Part shown: positions 1 through 9,281 of the stretch, in pieces
Numbering within the stretch: the first letter of the stretch is position 1
Layout: each line of letters starts with the position of its first letter
Virus record (IMG/VR): IMGVR_UViG_3300012016_000004
Location: 8,009 to 72,008 of that record
Reading direction: 5' to 3' (one strand)
From: a virus
Taxonomy: Duplodnaviria; Caudoviricetes
Length of the DNA: 64,000 nucleotides
Translations under genes and position numbers: made by a program
Notes under the pieces: model-generated
What the model was told of the DNA's origin: nothing
Database searches by the model: none
The model's input: only the letters and a program-made list of their open reading frames with translations

Positions 1-843
1 GCAATCATAGCTATCCTCCGGAGCCAGTGATGAGAGTGTCTTATCGATTCTGCGGATGGACACGCCGTCATCATCCACGATGTATCTCCTGGCGCGGGAT
101 GCCACAAATCCTGGCTCTCCATCGAAGTGCTGGCCATCGTAGCTGAGTTCCTGCCCCTTCGGCAGAAGCAGTGTCTTGCTACCATATGTCGAGTAGTCAA
201 TGTTCCTCTCGCCGCCCTGAACGTACAGAATCTCAAAGGCCCGCGAGTTATCATAGTTCGACCGTCCAAGGCCGGGGATGAAGCCGTTCCCCTTTCCATA
301 GGACAGCGCAATCGGATTCTCCTTGAACTTCTCCAGCTTGCCGAGACTGATGACCTTCCCTTCAATGGACCACTCTGTGTCAAACTCTTTCGCCACCATG
401 TCCAGGGCCTCTGCGACCGTATTGTGGTTGAACGAAAGCAGCTTCTCGCCGGCCACGATGCAGCTGCCGACAGACCATCCGGAATCGCGCTGATTCATGT
501 TGGCCACGATCATCGTCAGGTACTCCTCCGGGCGTGATGCGGCCTCGAACTTTATGCGTCTGTCAACTGGATTCTTGAACCGATACAGAGAAAGTCTGCC
601 GGAGTCAGCCTGCAATGTGAGGTCGTAGCTGAACTTCCTCGTGCCATTCTTCTTGAAGTTCGACGGCTTGAGCAAGTAATATGTCGTGCCGTCAAACACA
701 CAGTATGCGCCCACCGGGATGTTCAGATAGCCCTGGTACTCAAAGCTGAGATACAGAGCATCCTCTCCCATTATGCGCCGTGAGCGATAGGCTTTATCGT
801 CAGGCTGAATCTCGATATACGAGCCGTTGAAATATATCTTCAT
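1..843 (-). CDS. Tail tip / baseplate hub-like protein, N-terminal 281 aa; runs off the left edge of the window
   Basis: Read manually: ATG at 843, MKIYFNGSYIEIQPDDKAYRSRRIMGEDALYLSFE..., open to position 1. Not in the ORF track because there is no stop. Lies downstream of the tape measure and Dit-like genes. Confidence 0.7.
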   Translation of the reverse strand, partial: MKIYFNGSYIEIQPDDKAYRSRRIMGEDALYLSFEYQGYLNIPVGAYCVFDGTTYYLLKPSNFKKNGTRKFSYDLTLQADSGRLSLYRFKNPVDRRIKFEAASRPEEYLTMIVANMNQRDSGWSVGSCIVAGEKLLSFNHNTVAEALDMVAKEFDTEWSIEGKVISLGKLEKFKENPIALSYGKGNGFIPGLGRSNYDNSRAFEILYVQGGERNIDYSTYGSKTLLLPKGQELSYDGQHFDGEPGFVASRARRYIVDDDGVSIRRIDKTLSSLAPEDSYDC

Positions 844-849
844 ATTGCT

Positions 850-1788
850 TTACTCTCCTTCGTAGAAACAAAGTGTGACGGTGAACTGACACCAGATTTG
901 GTTGTCGCCAAGCTTTACAAACTCTCCGAGGCTTTGGCTCTGATAGTAGCATTTGTAGGTCTTCCCCTTCCAGGTCAGAACACGGTTGCCGTTGGATGCG
1001 AATACGCCCAGCAAGCGCAGGTACTCCTTCCAGAATAGACTGGGATTAACCGCCCGCATGAGAAGCGGAATAGAGACCGTTTTAGCCCCCTTTACGGCGG
1101 TGTTGTCCGGGTATAGCTGGCCTTTCATCCCAGTGGCCTTAATGATGAGATTGTCCTTGAGCGGAGCAGCCTTCGTAATCTCATTGTCTGTCCCATCCAA
1201 AACATAGCAGCCGAAGTCTCCGAAGTCCTCGCCGTCCAGCAGGAGGCCGGTCTTCTTCTTGCTGATGACAGCATGGCTCTCCTGGCCGTCGTCATAATCC
1301 GTGAACACAAGCAGGTCTTTGTTGAAGACCAACCTGCTTCCGTTGCGCCGGAAAGTCAGATAGGCCGGAGTGCCAACATACGGCTCCATCTCATCGAGGA
1401 AGTCAAAGTCGAAAGCGAACTCCAACGTGAAGCATTCCAGAGGAGCAATCTTATCACGAGACACGAGTGACTTGTATCTCAGTGGCATGGTTACGCCAAT
1501 CTCCTTGAAATTGAACACATGGTAGCTCTCGCTCTGGAGCATGGCGATGAAGGCATCAGTGCCGGTCGGTGCCGTCCTGCAGAAGAAGTCCACTCTGATG
1601 CTATCCTTCGGCTCCAAACTAACCGAAAGGAGGTCCGGCTCTATGCCAGGCTCCTCCGGCCATTCGATATACTGCGGTGTCTTGAGTCTCGGCCATACGA
1701 CAACACCGTCAAAGCCACCTTCTGCTATTGCGATTCCGTAATTGACGAGGGCATCATTGCCATCGATTAACAGCCTTCCGGTTCTCAT
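850..1788 (-). CDS. Distal tail (Dit-like) protein with duplicated domain
   Basis: 312 aa, directly after the tape measure gene; two related halves (LLIDG.D....G / LLLDGEDFGDFG). Confidence 0.6.
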   Translation of the reverse strand: MRTGRLLIDGNDALVNYGIAIAEGGFDGVVVWPRLKTPQYIEWPEEPGIEPDLLSVSLEPKDSIRVDFFCRTAPTGTDAFIAMLQSESYHVFNFKEIGVTMPLRYKSLVSRDKIAPLECFTLEFAFDFDFLDEMEPYVGTPAYLTFRRNGSRLVFNKDLLVFTDYDDGQESHAVISKKKTGLLLDGEDFGDFGCYVLDGTDNEITKAAPLKDNLIIKATGMKGQLYPDNTAVKGAKTVSIPLLMRAVNPSLFWKEYLRLLGVFASNGNRVLTWKGKTYKCYYQSQSLGEFVKLGDNQIWCQFTVTLCFYEGE

Positions 1789-1799
1789 CTCCAGTCCTC

Positions 1800-4700
1800 C
1801 TATCGTTTGATGGTTACACCCTCTTGCTTCATCCGGCTGATGTCGCTACCGATGGAGTCGAGTCCATCGATGATGTCTCCGGCCTTCTCGTTCAAAGCCT
1901 CGGTATCCTTATGGATGCCCATCACATGCTTGAGGATTGAGCCGGTCATGCCAATCAGCGCAGAGTGAAGCTCGCGCATAGTACGGACATCCTGCTTCAT
2001 CTCGTAGGTGTGTCCTTGGATGGTTGTCAGCCTGGCGTTCTGCTCATCTACGGAATCCTGCGATGCCGTGATGCCACTGTTGGTGGCGCCGGTCCTCGTA
2101 GTGTCTTCCTCGTTCATCTGGAGATTGAGTCCACGGAGGAACTGCGTGATGGCCGGGGCTTCCGAGTTGGCCTTATCCAGCAAGCTGTTGTAGAACTCAA
2201 TGGCACCAGCGGCATCGTTCGCAAGGAGCATGTTCTTGATTTTCTCCTGGGCGTCCTTGTTGAACACATCTTCCATCAGCATGCTGGTCACAACCGACTT
2301 GGCCATCTGCTTACCAAAGTCTTTGGCGAGGTCAGTCAAGTCTGCCAAAGCATCCCCGCTTTCGAGGAAGGCATCAACCATCGAGCTGGCCACATTCTCC
2401 GCGACGCCATTGAACAAGTCGGAGAGGTACTGCGACATACCGTCCATAGCTTCCTCGTATCGCTCCCACTCGGACAAGATGGAATCTACCGTATGCTTGG
2501 TCTGGTCATCCAGGTAGTCTCCGTACTGGTCATACCATGCCTTGAGCTTGTCCCCGTTCAGCTTGCCGTTCTCATCGTAGAAGTCTGCAAGGTCAGCAGT
2601 GACAATGTTCTTGGATGAGCCCCAGAACTTCTGCCAGCCACTACGCATATCGGCCACCAGTTGACCGGATACCTTGCCAACACCTTCGACCACGCCCTTG
2701 AGGGCCATGAGGCCACCGCTGAACGGATCGCCGGTGACACCAAGGCCGGCAGTCATAAGGAGCGCACCCCAGTTCCGGAGTACCTTCTGATTGACCTTCA
2801 TGCCTTTCTCCAGCTCATCGAGATTGTTGCTGGCCTCCTGCAGCTGCTTATTGAATGCGATGAACTGGCCGTAGCCGTCCTCGCCGAAGGCGTTCTTGAG
2901 TTTATCCAACCTCGCTGCATCATTCAGCTCCTCCAGGGCAATCTTGTATTTGCGGGCCGCTTCCGTAGCACGTTCCGTTGCTTCGTTGTTGGCCTTGATG
3001 ATGGAGAAAATCGCCGTGACCACCTTGATAGCAGCCTTGATGATGAGCAGGATGACAGAGGCAGATTCTGCAGCACTGATGGCCTGGGCCGTCGCTTCGC
3101 TGGCCTGCTCTACTCCTTCTGACACTCCTTCTACGGTGTCCTGGAGACCACCAACAATATCCTCGCCCTCCTTGACGAAGATTTCAGTAATCTCCATTGC
3201 GGTGTCACCCACCTCCTCGAACAAGTCAATAGCATCGCCCAGAACCTTGGCAACATCATCATCGAATATGCCTACCAGCTCTACGGCACCACCTGCAACC
3301 GTACTGATTGTGCCGCGAGCCTTGTTTAGCGCGGAGATGAATTTCATCGAGGAGCTGACAACCTTACCCTGGGCGTTGTTGAGCTTCGCGGTGCTCTTGG
3401 TGAGCTTGTCTTGGGCACCACCCAACTCCATCTGCGCAGACTTCAACTGCTCGTCATATTCCTCTTGGGTAAGAATGCCATCGTTGAGCATGCTGTCCAA
3501 CGTGGACTTCTGAATAGCATAGTTGGCGTCAGCAAGAACCATCTCTTGCTGAGCCTTCTTGTATTCCTCCAGGGCAGCAACAGTCTCGTCTTTAGCGGCT
3601 GCTACCTCCTGCATGGAGATGCGCATGGCCGCGAAAGGATTGCGATTGGACAGTTCATCGGAGATGGAGGCGATGGCCTTTTCCATCTCGCTGATGTCCT
3701 TCACATCCATCGACCCTTTGTTCGAGGAGAGGAGAGCCCTCGCTTTTGCAAGGCTTTCAGTGAGAACCCGCGTGGACTGCTCGCCGATGTTACCGAACAA
3801 GGCAGACCAGTTGATGCTGGACTGCATTCCTTTGAGCTTGACTCCGCTCAACTCCTCGTCCCTCTGTTTGGCCAGAGACTTCTTCTCCCACTCGTTATTG
3901 GACTTGGCAATCAGAGCATTGTACTTCTCTGTGATGGCCAGCTCCTGCTCCTTGATGTTTCCATACTCAGCAAGGTATTGCAAGCGGTGGTCATTGAGGG
4001 CAAACAGTGCATCGTCCCTCTGCTTGGCCAGCATCTTCTTCTTATACTCGTCATCCTCCTTCTCGATGGCGGCATTGTAGCTCGCTTCGATAGCCTGCTC
4101 CTGCTCCTTGTAGTCACCATAGGTCATCAGATAGTTCCACTCGCTCTGGAGCTTCTCATCGAGGACCTCCTTGGTCTTTTTAGCGGCAATCTTCTCGGTG
4201 TCATCAATGCGCTTCTGGAACTGGGCAAGGGTAGTCTGATCTATCTTGTTTCCGGACTTCCTTCCAGCTTCTTCCAGCTTCTTTTGCTCATCCTTAATAG
4301 CAGCGATAGATTGGAGCTTTTCATTTTCAATCTCGGCCAGGCGCTTTTCGTAGCCATCCTCCATGGCCTCAATCTCCGTATTGGCAACAGACATCCACAT
4401 ATCGCGCACGGCCTGCTTGAATGCGTCGCCATATCGCTTGATTTCTTTCTTCTCCGCGTCTGTAAGAATCTTCTTCGGAGTAGTTGTCGTTGTCGTATTA
4501 TCGTCTTTCTTATTGAAGCCGGGAGGAGGCATCGGACCAATGAAGTCATTCTCTGTCCTGGTACGTTCGCCAAAACGCCTATCTGCTTCGGCCATTACAT
4601 CAGTAAGAGTCTGAGCAGCGCTCGCAGCGCGAGAGAGCTGCATCTGCATGGCGTTGGTCGTGTATGAATAACTCTGCGCGGCCGTACCCTGGACATAGGA

Positions 4701-6599
4701 GACTGTCTTATCGAAGGAGTCAACGACAGACTTCAATTCATCGCTCATCTCCTGCTTTCCCTCAAGCACTGGCACAATCTTCCAGAAGTATGTCTCGGCA
4801 AGGCTTACGCCATCGCTGCCCTTCTGGTCGCCGAATTTCTCCTTGAGTAGTTTATAGACCTCCTCGCGAACATCAGCTATCGTCTTCCCATAATCATCGG
4901 CAGCGGAAGCGGTGAAGCTCTCAAAGGCTCTGGCTTTTGCTGCTTTCGATGCCTCCTCCGTAATGGTCTTGTATGCAAGAGCAATATCATCAAGCGCGGT
5001 CTTCTCGTCACCAAGCTTAGTGAGATACTGACCGTACTTGGACATGATTTCCTGCTTTGCTCTATCGTACTCCTCCGTCCCTTCCCTTGCAGCCTTGAGC
5101 TTTGCGAACAGAGTGTCGATTTTCGCCGTTTCAGCGATGATTCCGGCAGTGGCATCCTTGTCTGCCTTATCGAGTTTCTTCATCGCTTTCTCGGCGTCAG
5201 AAGTGGCAGAGACCATCTTGTATATGCCGAAGGCAAGACCAGCCACGGCAGCAGCAGCAAGAGCATACGGATTCTTGAGGATGGTCTTATTCAAAGCCTT
5301 CTGCGCCTTATCAGCAGCAGTCAAAGCTGCGAAGTGAGCAATCTCGGCCCTGGTCCAACCCTTGGTGGCCATAGCAGCAGCGGCCTTCAATGCGTTAATA
5401 GTGATGAGAGCTGCCTTGTATGCACCGAATGTAGCTATCAGTTCCACAATCAGCCGACCGAACTCATCGGCGTTGTCCGTGACCTTGTTGATGCCATCGG
5501 CAAGGGCTTCTATGGCATTGGCCATCGGGCCGTTGCTGTCCTGGAACTTCAACATGAGACCTTCCCATGCAGACTGGAGCTTCTTTGTGGCACCAATGAG
5601 GTTCTCGGTCATCGTGCCGTACATCTGCTCCAGTGTACCATCTACACTGCCGAGAGCCTGGCGAAGTTCATCAGCCGATGCCGCTCCAGTGATGAGGGCG
5701 TTAAATGCAGAGACGGAACGTTTGTCCGTCATCTCCAAAGTCTCGCTCAGGTCAATTCCACGAGCATTGCATTCCTTCAACGAATCGATAATCTCCGGGA
5801 ATGTACGAGCTGTATGACCAAGGCCCTTTGCAAGCTTTCCGTTTGCATCCGCAAGGTTGAGCAGGATGTTTCTCGTGGCCGTTGCTGCGGAAGAAGCATC
5901 AAAGCCAGCGTTGGACAAGGCGCCGAGCAGGGTCACGGTGTCTTCTACCGTGAGACCAAAGGTGTGAGCGATAGGCGCTACGATAGAGATGGAGGTCTCC
6001 AGCTTACTGAAATCCAGTGCTGACTTGGTTGTCGCAGCAGCCATTACATCCAGCAGATGAGTGGAATCCTTGGCTTCAAGGCCAAAGCCTCGCAGGGCTG
6101 CGCCAGCGAAATTAGCCGCCCTTCCAAGGTCGGCATTCACGGCAGCAGCGAACTGCAAAACTGTGCCCTGCATTTCCTTAATCTGTGTCTTTGTGAAGCC
6201 AAGGCGAGCGAGGGCCAGCTGGAGCTCAGTGACCTCCGAAGCAGTGAACTCAGTAACACGGCCAAGGTCTTCCGCAGCCTTCGACATGTCTTTGATGTCA
6301 CGGATAGATGAGCCGAGGACAGAGGCAAGTTCTGCATTCTTCCTTTCGAAGTTCGCATTCAGCTCAACGGCGCTCTTACCGACACGTGTTACCGCGCTGA
6401 TGGCTGCTGCAACCGACAGATACCTTGCTGCAAGTGTACCGAGAGAGTCTCCGAGCTTGCTCGATGACTTATCCAGAGAATCGCCGAAATTCTTGACCTT
6501 CCTTTCAGCCTGGTCAAGTCGCTTTTCGAGTTTTGCAACCCCCCTATCAACCGGGGCGTCATCGACTCCCATTACTATTTTCAGTTTGCCATCATCCAT
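1800..6599 (-). CDS. Phage tail tape measure protein (TP901-type core)
   Basis: 1599 aa, Ala/Leu-rich helical protein; N-terminal AEDLGRVTEFTASEVTELQLALARLGF...GFDASSAATATRNI motif; position in the tail module. Confidence 0.92.
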   Translation of the reverse strand: MDDGKLKIVMGVDDAPVDRGVAKLEKRLDQAERKVKNFGDSLDKSSSKLGDSLGTLAARYLSVAAAISAVTRVGKSAVELNANFERKNAELASVLGSSIRDIKDMSKAAEDLGRVTEFTASEVTELQLALARLGFTKTQIKEMQGTVLQFAAAVNADLGRAANFAGAALRGFGLEAKDSTHLLDVMAAATTKSALDFSKLETSISIVAPIAHTFGLTVEDTVTLLGALSNAGFDASSAATATRNILLNLADANGKLAKGLGHTARTFPEIIDSLKECNARGIDLSETLEMTDKRSVSAFNALITGAASADELRQALGSVDGTLEQMYGTMTENLIGATKKLQSAWEGLMLKFQDSNGPMANAIEALADGINKVTDNADEFGRLIVELIATFGAYKAALITINALKAAAAMATKGWTRAEIAHFAALTAADKAQKALNKTILKNPYALAAAAVAGLAFGIYKMVSATSDAEKAMKKLDKADKDATAGIIAETAKIDTLFAKLKAAREGTEEYDRAKQEIMSKYGQYLTKLGDEKTALDDIALAYKTITEEASKAAKARAFESFTASAADDYGKTIADVREEVYKLLKEKFGDQKGSDGVSLAETYFWKIVPVLEGKQEMSDELKSVVDSFDKTVSYVQGTAAQSYSYTTNAMQMQLSRAASAAQTLTDVMAEADRRFGERTRTENDFIGPMPPPGFNKKDDNTTTTTTPKKILTDAEKKEIKRYGDAFKQAVRDMWMSVANTEIEAMEDGYEKRLAEIENEKLQSIAAIKDEQKKLEEAGRKSGNKIDQTTLAQFQKRIDDTEKIAAKKTKEVLDEKLQSEWNYLMTYGDYKEQEQAIEASYNAAIEKEDDEYKKKMLAKQRDDALFALNDHRLQYLAEYGNIKEQELAITEKYNALIAKSNNEWEKKSLAKQRDEELSGVKLKGMQSSINWSALFGNIGEQSTRVLTESLAKARALLSSNKGSMDVKDISEMEKAIASISDELSNRNPFAAMRISMQEVAAAKDETVAALEEYKKAQQEMVLADANYAIQKSTLDSMLNDGILTQEEYDEQLKSAQMELGGAQDKLTKSTAKLNNAQGKVVSSSMKFISALNKARGTISTVAGGAVELVGIFDDDVAKVLGDAIDLFEEVGDTAMEITEIFVKEGEDIVGGLQDTVEGVSEGVEQASEATAQAISAAESASVILLIIKAAIKVVTAIFSIIKANNEATERATEAARKYKIALEELNDAARLDKLKNAFGEDGYGQFIAFNKQLQEASNNLDELEKGMKVNQKVLRNWGALLMTAGLGVTGDPFSGGLMALKGVVEGVGKVSGQLVADMRSGWQKFWGSSKNIVTADLADFYDENGKLNGDKLKAWYDQYGDYLDDQTKHTVDSILSEWERYEEAMDGMSQYLSDLFNGVAENVASSMVDAFLESGDALADLTDLAKDFGKQMAKSVVTSMLMEDVFNKDAQEKIKNMLLANDAAGAIEFYNSLLDKANSEAPAITQFLRGLNLQMNEEDTTRTGATNSGITASQDSVDEQNARLTTIQGHTYEMKQDVRTMRELHSALIGMTGSILKHVMGIHKDTEALNEKAGDIIDGLDSIGSDISRMKQEGVTIKR

Positions 6600-6850
6600 A
6601 GGTCTCGCTGAATGCTTTAATCAGTTCAATGTTATTCGGGTCGCCGGCGTCGAACCGCTCATACCCATCGTCATTCTTATCATCGTCCAAGTCGTAGCTT
6701 GGTAGCACCGCGCTGTACATCATCAGATTGTGATAGCTGAGCTTGTAAATCACGTATTCGAACGAGAGTCCGTAAGCCTTCGCTATCCCTCCGACTACTG
6801 ACCAGATGCTGTCGTTTTCGTAGTCTCGCCCACTTCCCTTTCGCTTCCTA
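6592..6850 (-). CDS. Tail assembly chaperone, second ('T') frame; probably expressed by frameshift from the upstream gene
   Basis: The -1 frame reads ...DYENDSIWSVVGGIAKAYGLSFEYVIYKLSYHNLMMYSAVLPSYD...ETYG* and ends at 6592, overlapping the tape measure ATG; no early ATG of its own. Confidence 0.55.
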
Positions 6851-7280
6851 CGAGATTTACCGTGCGGAGGAAAGTGGTAAGCGCGAAAAAATCCTCAAGC
6901 TCCGAATTGGATAGGATGGTTGTCACTGCATCATATATCTGCGTGGGAGAGAGCTGCAGCAGGAGGTAGTTCTCCAGCTTGATTACACTTTTGCGAAGGA
7001 AAAACGGCTTCCAACGGAATGGATTGCGGATAGCATCGGCGCCATAAAGAAGGATGGCCAGGATTCTCGCCACTTCACGTCCGCGAGTGCATCCTGCCAG
7101 TATTTCCGGGATTTTCTTCTCCGGGGAGAAAGACGGCATGGCAACGATATATTCTGCCACCATAGTCAGTGTGCCGAGTGTGACTCGCGGAACAACGAAT
7201 TTCCGCTTGCCGACTATTACCGTCATCGGCGATTGAAGTAAGGCGTCAGCCACCTTTCCTTCGATGTTCTTCTTGCCCAT
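6795..7280 (-). CDS. Tail assembly chaperone ('G'-like)
   Basis: MGKKNIEGKVADALLQ... (start moved to the ATG at 7280); lies between the major tail and tape measure genes. Confidence 0.6.
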   Translation of the reverse strand: MGKKNIEGKVADALLQSPMTVIVGKRKFVVPRVTLGTLTMVAEYIVAMPSFSPEKKIPEILAGCTRGREVARILAILLYGADAIRNPFRWKPFFLRKSVIKLENYLLLQLSPTQIYDAVTTILSNSELEDFFALTTFLRTVNLVGSEREVGETTKTTASGQ

Positions 7281-7422
7281 AGTCAATGATGCTTCGTTTG
7301 TTAACAATCACGCACTTGCTGTTGTCAAGCCGCACAAGACAGTTGTCACCATTGACCTTTTCTATCGTACCGTGCGCAGTTCCGTTGACCGCTGGCCACG
7401 ATATTCTGCGACCTATCTCCAT
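7246..7422 (-). CDS. Small beta-rich (SH3-like) hypothetical protein, 58 aa
   Basis: MEIGRRISWPAVNGTAHGTIEKVNGDNCLVRLDN...; start moved to 7422 because the longer ORF overlaps a tRNA-like RNA. Confidence 0.45.
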   Translation of the reverse strand: MEIGRRISWPAVNGTAHGTIEKVNGDNCLVRLDNSKCVIVNKRSIIDYGQEEHRRKGG

Positions 7423-7437
7423 AATCAGCAAGTGTGT

Positions 7438-7541
7438 TGGTCGCTCCGGGAGGACTCGAACCCCCGACCAAATCATCATCGGCGAAGTGGATTCCATGGA
7501 AAACCGACGATGCAAAGCTCTACCTACTGAGCTACGGAGCG
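7438..7541 (-). ncRNA. tRNA-like RNA (104 nt) with encoded CCA and an enlarged anticodon arm
   Basis: Acceptor CGCTCCG/CGGAGCG+ACCA; D-arm GCTC-AGTAGGTA-GAGC; T-arm GGGGG-TTCGAGT-CCTCC; variable loop TGGTC; about 28 extra nt where the anticodon arm should be. Confidence 0.75.
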
Positions 7542-7589
7542 ATGGGTGCCGGGATTTGAACACCTCCCGGCGTAGGTGCGGTTTGAGGT

Positions 7590-8120
7590 TTAGAGGTCAA
7601 CGGCAGTGTCGCCGAAGTCCATACCAACACCCTGGAGAGTGTAGGCATCGCCGGACTGGGCCTTGGTGGCCGTGATGGTGCCCCACTTCACAATCTTCCC
7701 GCTCTCAGGAGCAAGGGCATTGTGAGTGTAGTTCCAGTTGGAACCATCGGCGGCGTTGAAGGGGTCTTCAACGGACACAGCGGTGCGCTCGATGTAGAAG
7801 CCAGGGGCGCCGGTCTCCTCCGGAATGAGGGCCACGGCGTACTCGTGCTCTACAGTGCCATCGACATGCGAGATGGGCATATCGCGGTTGGCGAGCAGAC
7901 GGATAGCATAGGCCAGCTCATAGGAGCTTTTCTTGTTCTTCCGTACTTCGGTCTCGCCTCCTTCAATCTTGCCCTCCAGCGCATCACCCTTGGTAGGGGT
8001 CAGCTGGGTCGAATCTTCTACGGGAGTGGGGATGATCTTCCACGCAGGGGTGGCCGCATTCAGATCCTTCACGAAAATCCTGGGCTTACCCCAAGACGGT
8101 GCTTTCTTCGTAGTAGGCAT
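7590..8120 (-). CDS. Major tail (tube) protein
   Basis: 176 aa; WGKPRIFVK...TPVEDSTQLTPTKGD...KIEGGE motif typical of Bacteroidales siphovirus tail tubes; synteny. Confidence 0.75.
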   Translation of the reverse strand: MPTTKKAPSWGKPRIFVKDLNAATPAWKIIPTPVEDSTQLTPTKGDALEGKIEGGETEVRKNKKSSYELAYAIRLLANRDMPISHVDGTVEHEYAVALIPEETGAPGFYIERTAVSVEDPFNAADGSNWNYTHNALAPESGKIVKWGTITATKAQSGDAYTLQGVGMDFGDTAVDL

Positions 8121-8151
8121 AATTCATTGACAGATTAAATGGTTTCACACA

Positions 8152-8562
8152 CTATTCCTCGTCAGCCTCCTGGATGTGTTCGAGGCTAAGCCGATTGTTG
8201 ATTACGCGCACATGGCGGTCATTGACCTTGAACACGTGCTGTGACTGGAGACGGATTTTGAATCCATCGAAAACATTGCTTTCGAGGGCTTGCATGAAGA
8301 CACGGCACAGAGGACGGAGCCTCGGCTGGTTTTCAATCCATTCGTTTTCGCGCTGGACATCATGCACGAAAACATTGACATTGATTGCGACTTCCTGGCG
8401 CTGCTTGGCATCTCCATCAAGGATGGAAATCTCCACATCCTCAAGCACCGAGTTGTCCGGCCGGTTATCCTTGTAGATTCGGCCAGAAATCTCCGTATGG
8501 AGACCTTTCTCACGCAGAAGTGTGTAGATGGTGTCCTTTATTTCGATGTCAGTCAGTGCCAT
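8152..8562 (-). CDS. Tail terminator-like neck protein
   Basis: 136 aa immediately upstream of the major tail gene; ISGRIYK..RP..S..EDV motif. Confidence 0.6.
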   Translation of the reverse strand: MALTDIEIKDTIYTLLREKGLHTEISGRIYKDNRPDNSVLEDVEISILDGDAKQRQEVAINVNVFVHDVQRENEWIENQPRLRPLCRVFMQALESNVFDGFKIRLQSQHVFKVNDRHVRVINNRLSLEHIQEADEE

Positions 8563-8920
8563 TGTCGTTCTCGTCAGAATGGATTAAACAAACCCACGTT
8601 TTAGCATTTAACTGGCCTCTGTGGAAGCCTTTCGCTTCGTACCAGCCAGTGCATTCCCCTTCGGCATTGTAGAGCTTGAGGGTCTGACCATAGCTGATTT
8701 CCGGAATGTCGGTATCCAAGTACACGATGTAGTCGTACACGATGTCCTTACCGACACCTACCGGGACTGTACGTGCTTGGCCGTTCGGTTCATACCTGCA
8801 AGGGTACTGCTCTGACCATTGCTCTCCACCCTGGATGTAGTCTCCGGTCTCCTCGTTATAGGAGCCGGGGACTACAGTCAGCAGGGAAATGGAATGCGGT
8901 CTGAATCGGACTGGAAGCAT
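8549..8920 (-). CDS. Head closure-like protein
   Basis: 123 aa between the head-tail adaptor and tail terminator; G.YNEETGDY...CRYEPNG motif. Confidence 0.55.
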   Translation of the reverse strand: MLPVRFRPHSISLLTVVPGSYNEETGDYIQGGEQWSEQYPCRYEPNGQARTVPVGVGKDIVYDYIVYLDTDIPEISYGQTLKLYNAEGECTGWYEAKGFHRGQLNAKTWVCLIHSDENDNGTD

Positions 8921-8940
8921 TGCGAATAGGCTTTCAGAGG

Positions 8941-9267
8941 TTAGTCTTCATCAATAGGCGTAACAGTCGGTATAGCCTCCAGGATAACGGACTCCGGCTC
9001 AAACTTCGAATAGATACGGTTTGCGATGCCAATGAGCGATTTCCTATCCGTGTAGGAGATACTTACGCCTCCTTCAGACACACTTGTTGGTGTTGTGATG
9101 AAATTAGCAATCATATCAGCTATCGCGAGACGGAAGTTCGGCGTTTTGCCAATCGCTTTCGTGTACTCATCGTTGAGCTTGATACCTCTATCCTCGGCAA
9201 TCACTCCCAGTGTTTTTTGGGACACCGGGAATGATACCTTACTTTCGAGTGCAGTCCTTACATCCAT
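8941..9267 (-). CDS. Head-tail adaptor-like protein (DUF6706-like)
   Basis: 108 aa after the major capsid gene; SVSEGGVSIS motif typical of adaptors. Confidence 0.6.
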   Translation of the reverse strand: MDVRTALESKVSFPVSQKTLGVIAEDRGIKLNDEYTKAIGKTPNFRLAIADMIANFITTPTSVSEGGVSISYTDRKSLIGIANRIYSKFEPESVILEAIPTVTPIDED

Positions 9268-9281
9268 AGGGCAGAGTCGGA

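Noticed and set aside
1965-6705. Long plus-strand ORFs (up to 418 aa) opposite the tape measure gene, and similar shadow ORFs opposite the capsid, portal, 27-30 kb and recombination genes
   Set aside because: Antisense shadows of genes with strong codon bias; no recognisable motifs, promoters or start-associated motifs.
7423-7563. N-terminal extension of ORF 7246-7563
   Set aside because: Overlaps the tRNA-like RNA; the ATG at 7422 is the more plausible start.
7548-7571. Second tRNA upstream of the tRNA-like RNA
   Set aside because: Only a single hairpin with a TTCAAA loop; no D-arm or acceptor stem can be built.
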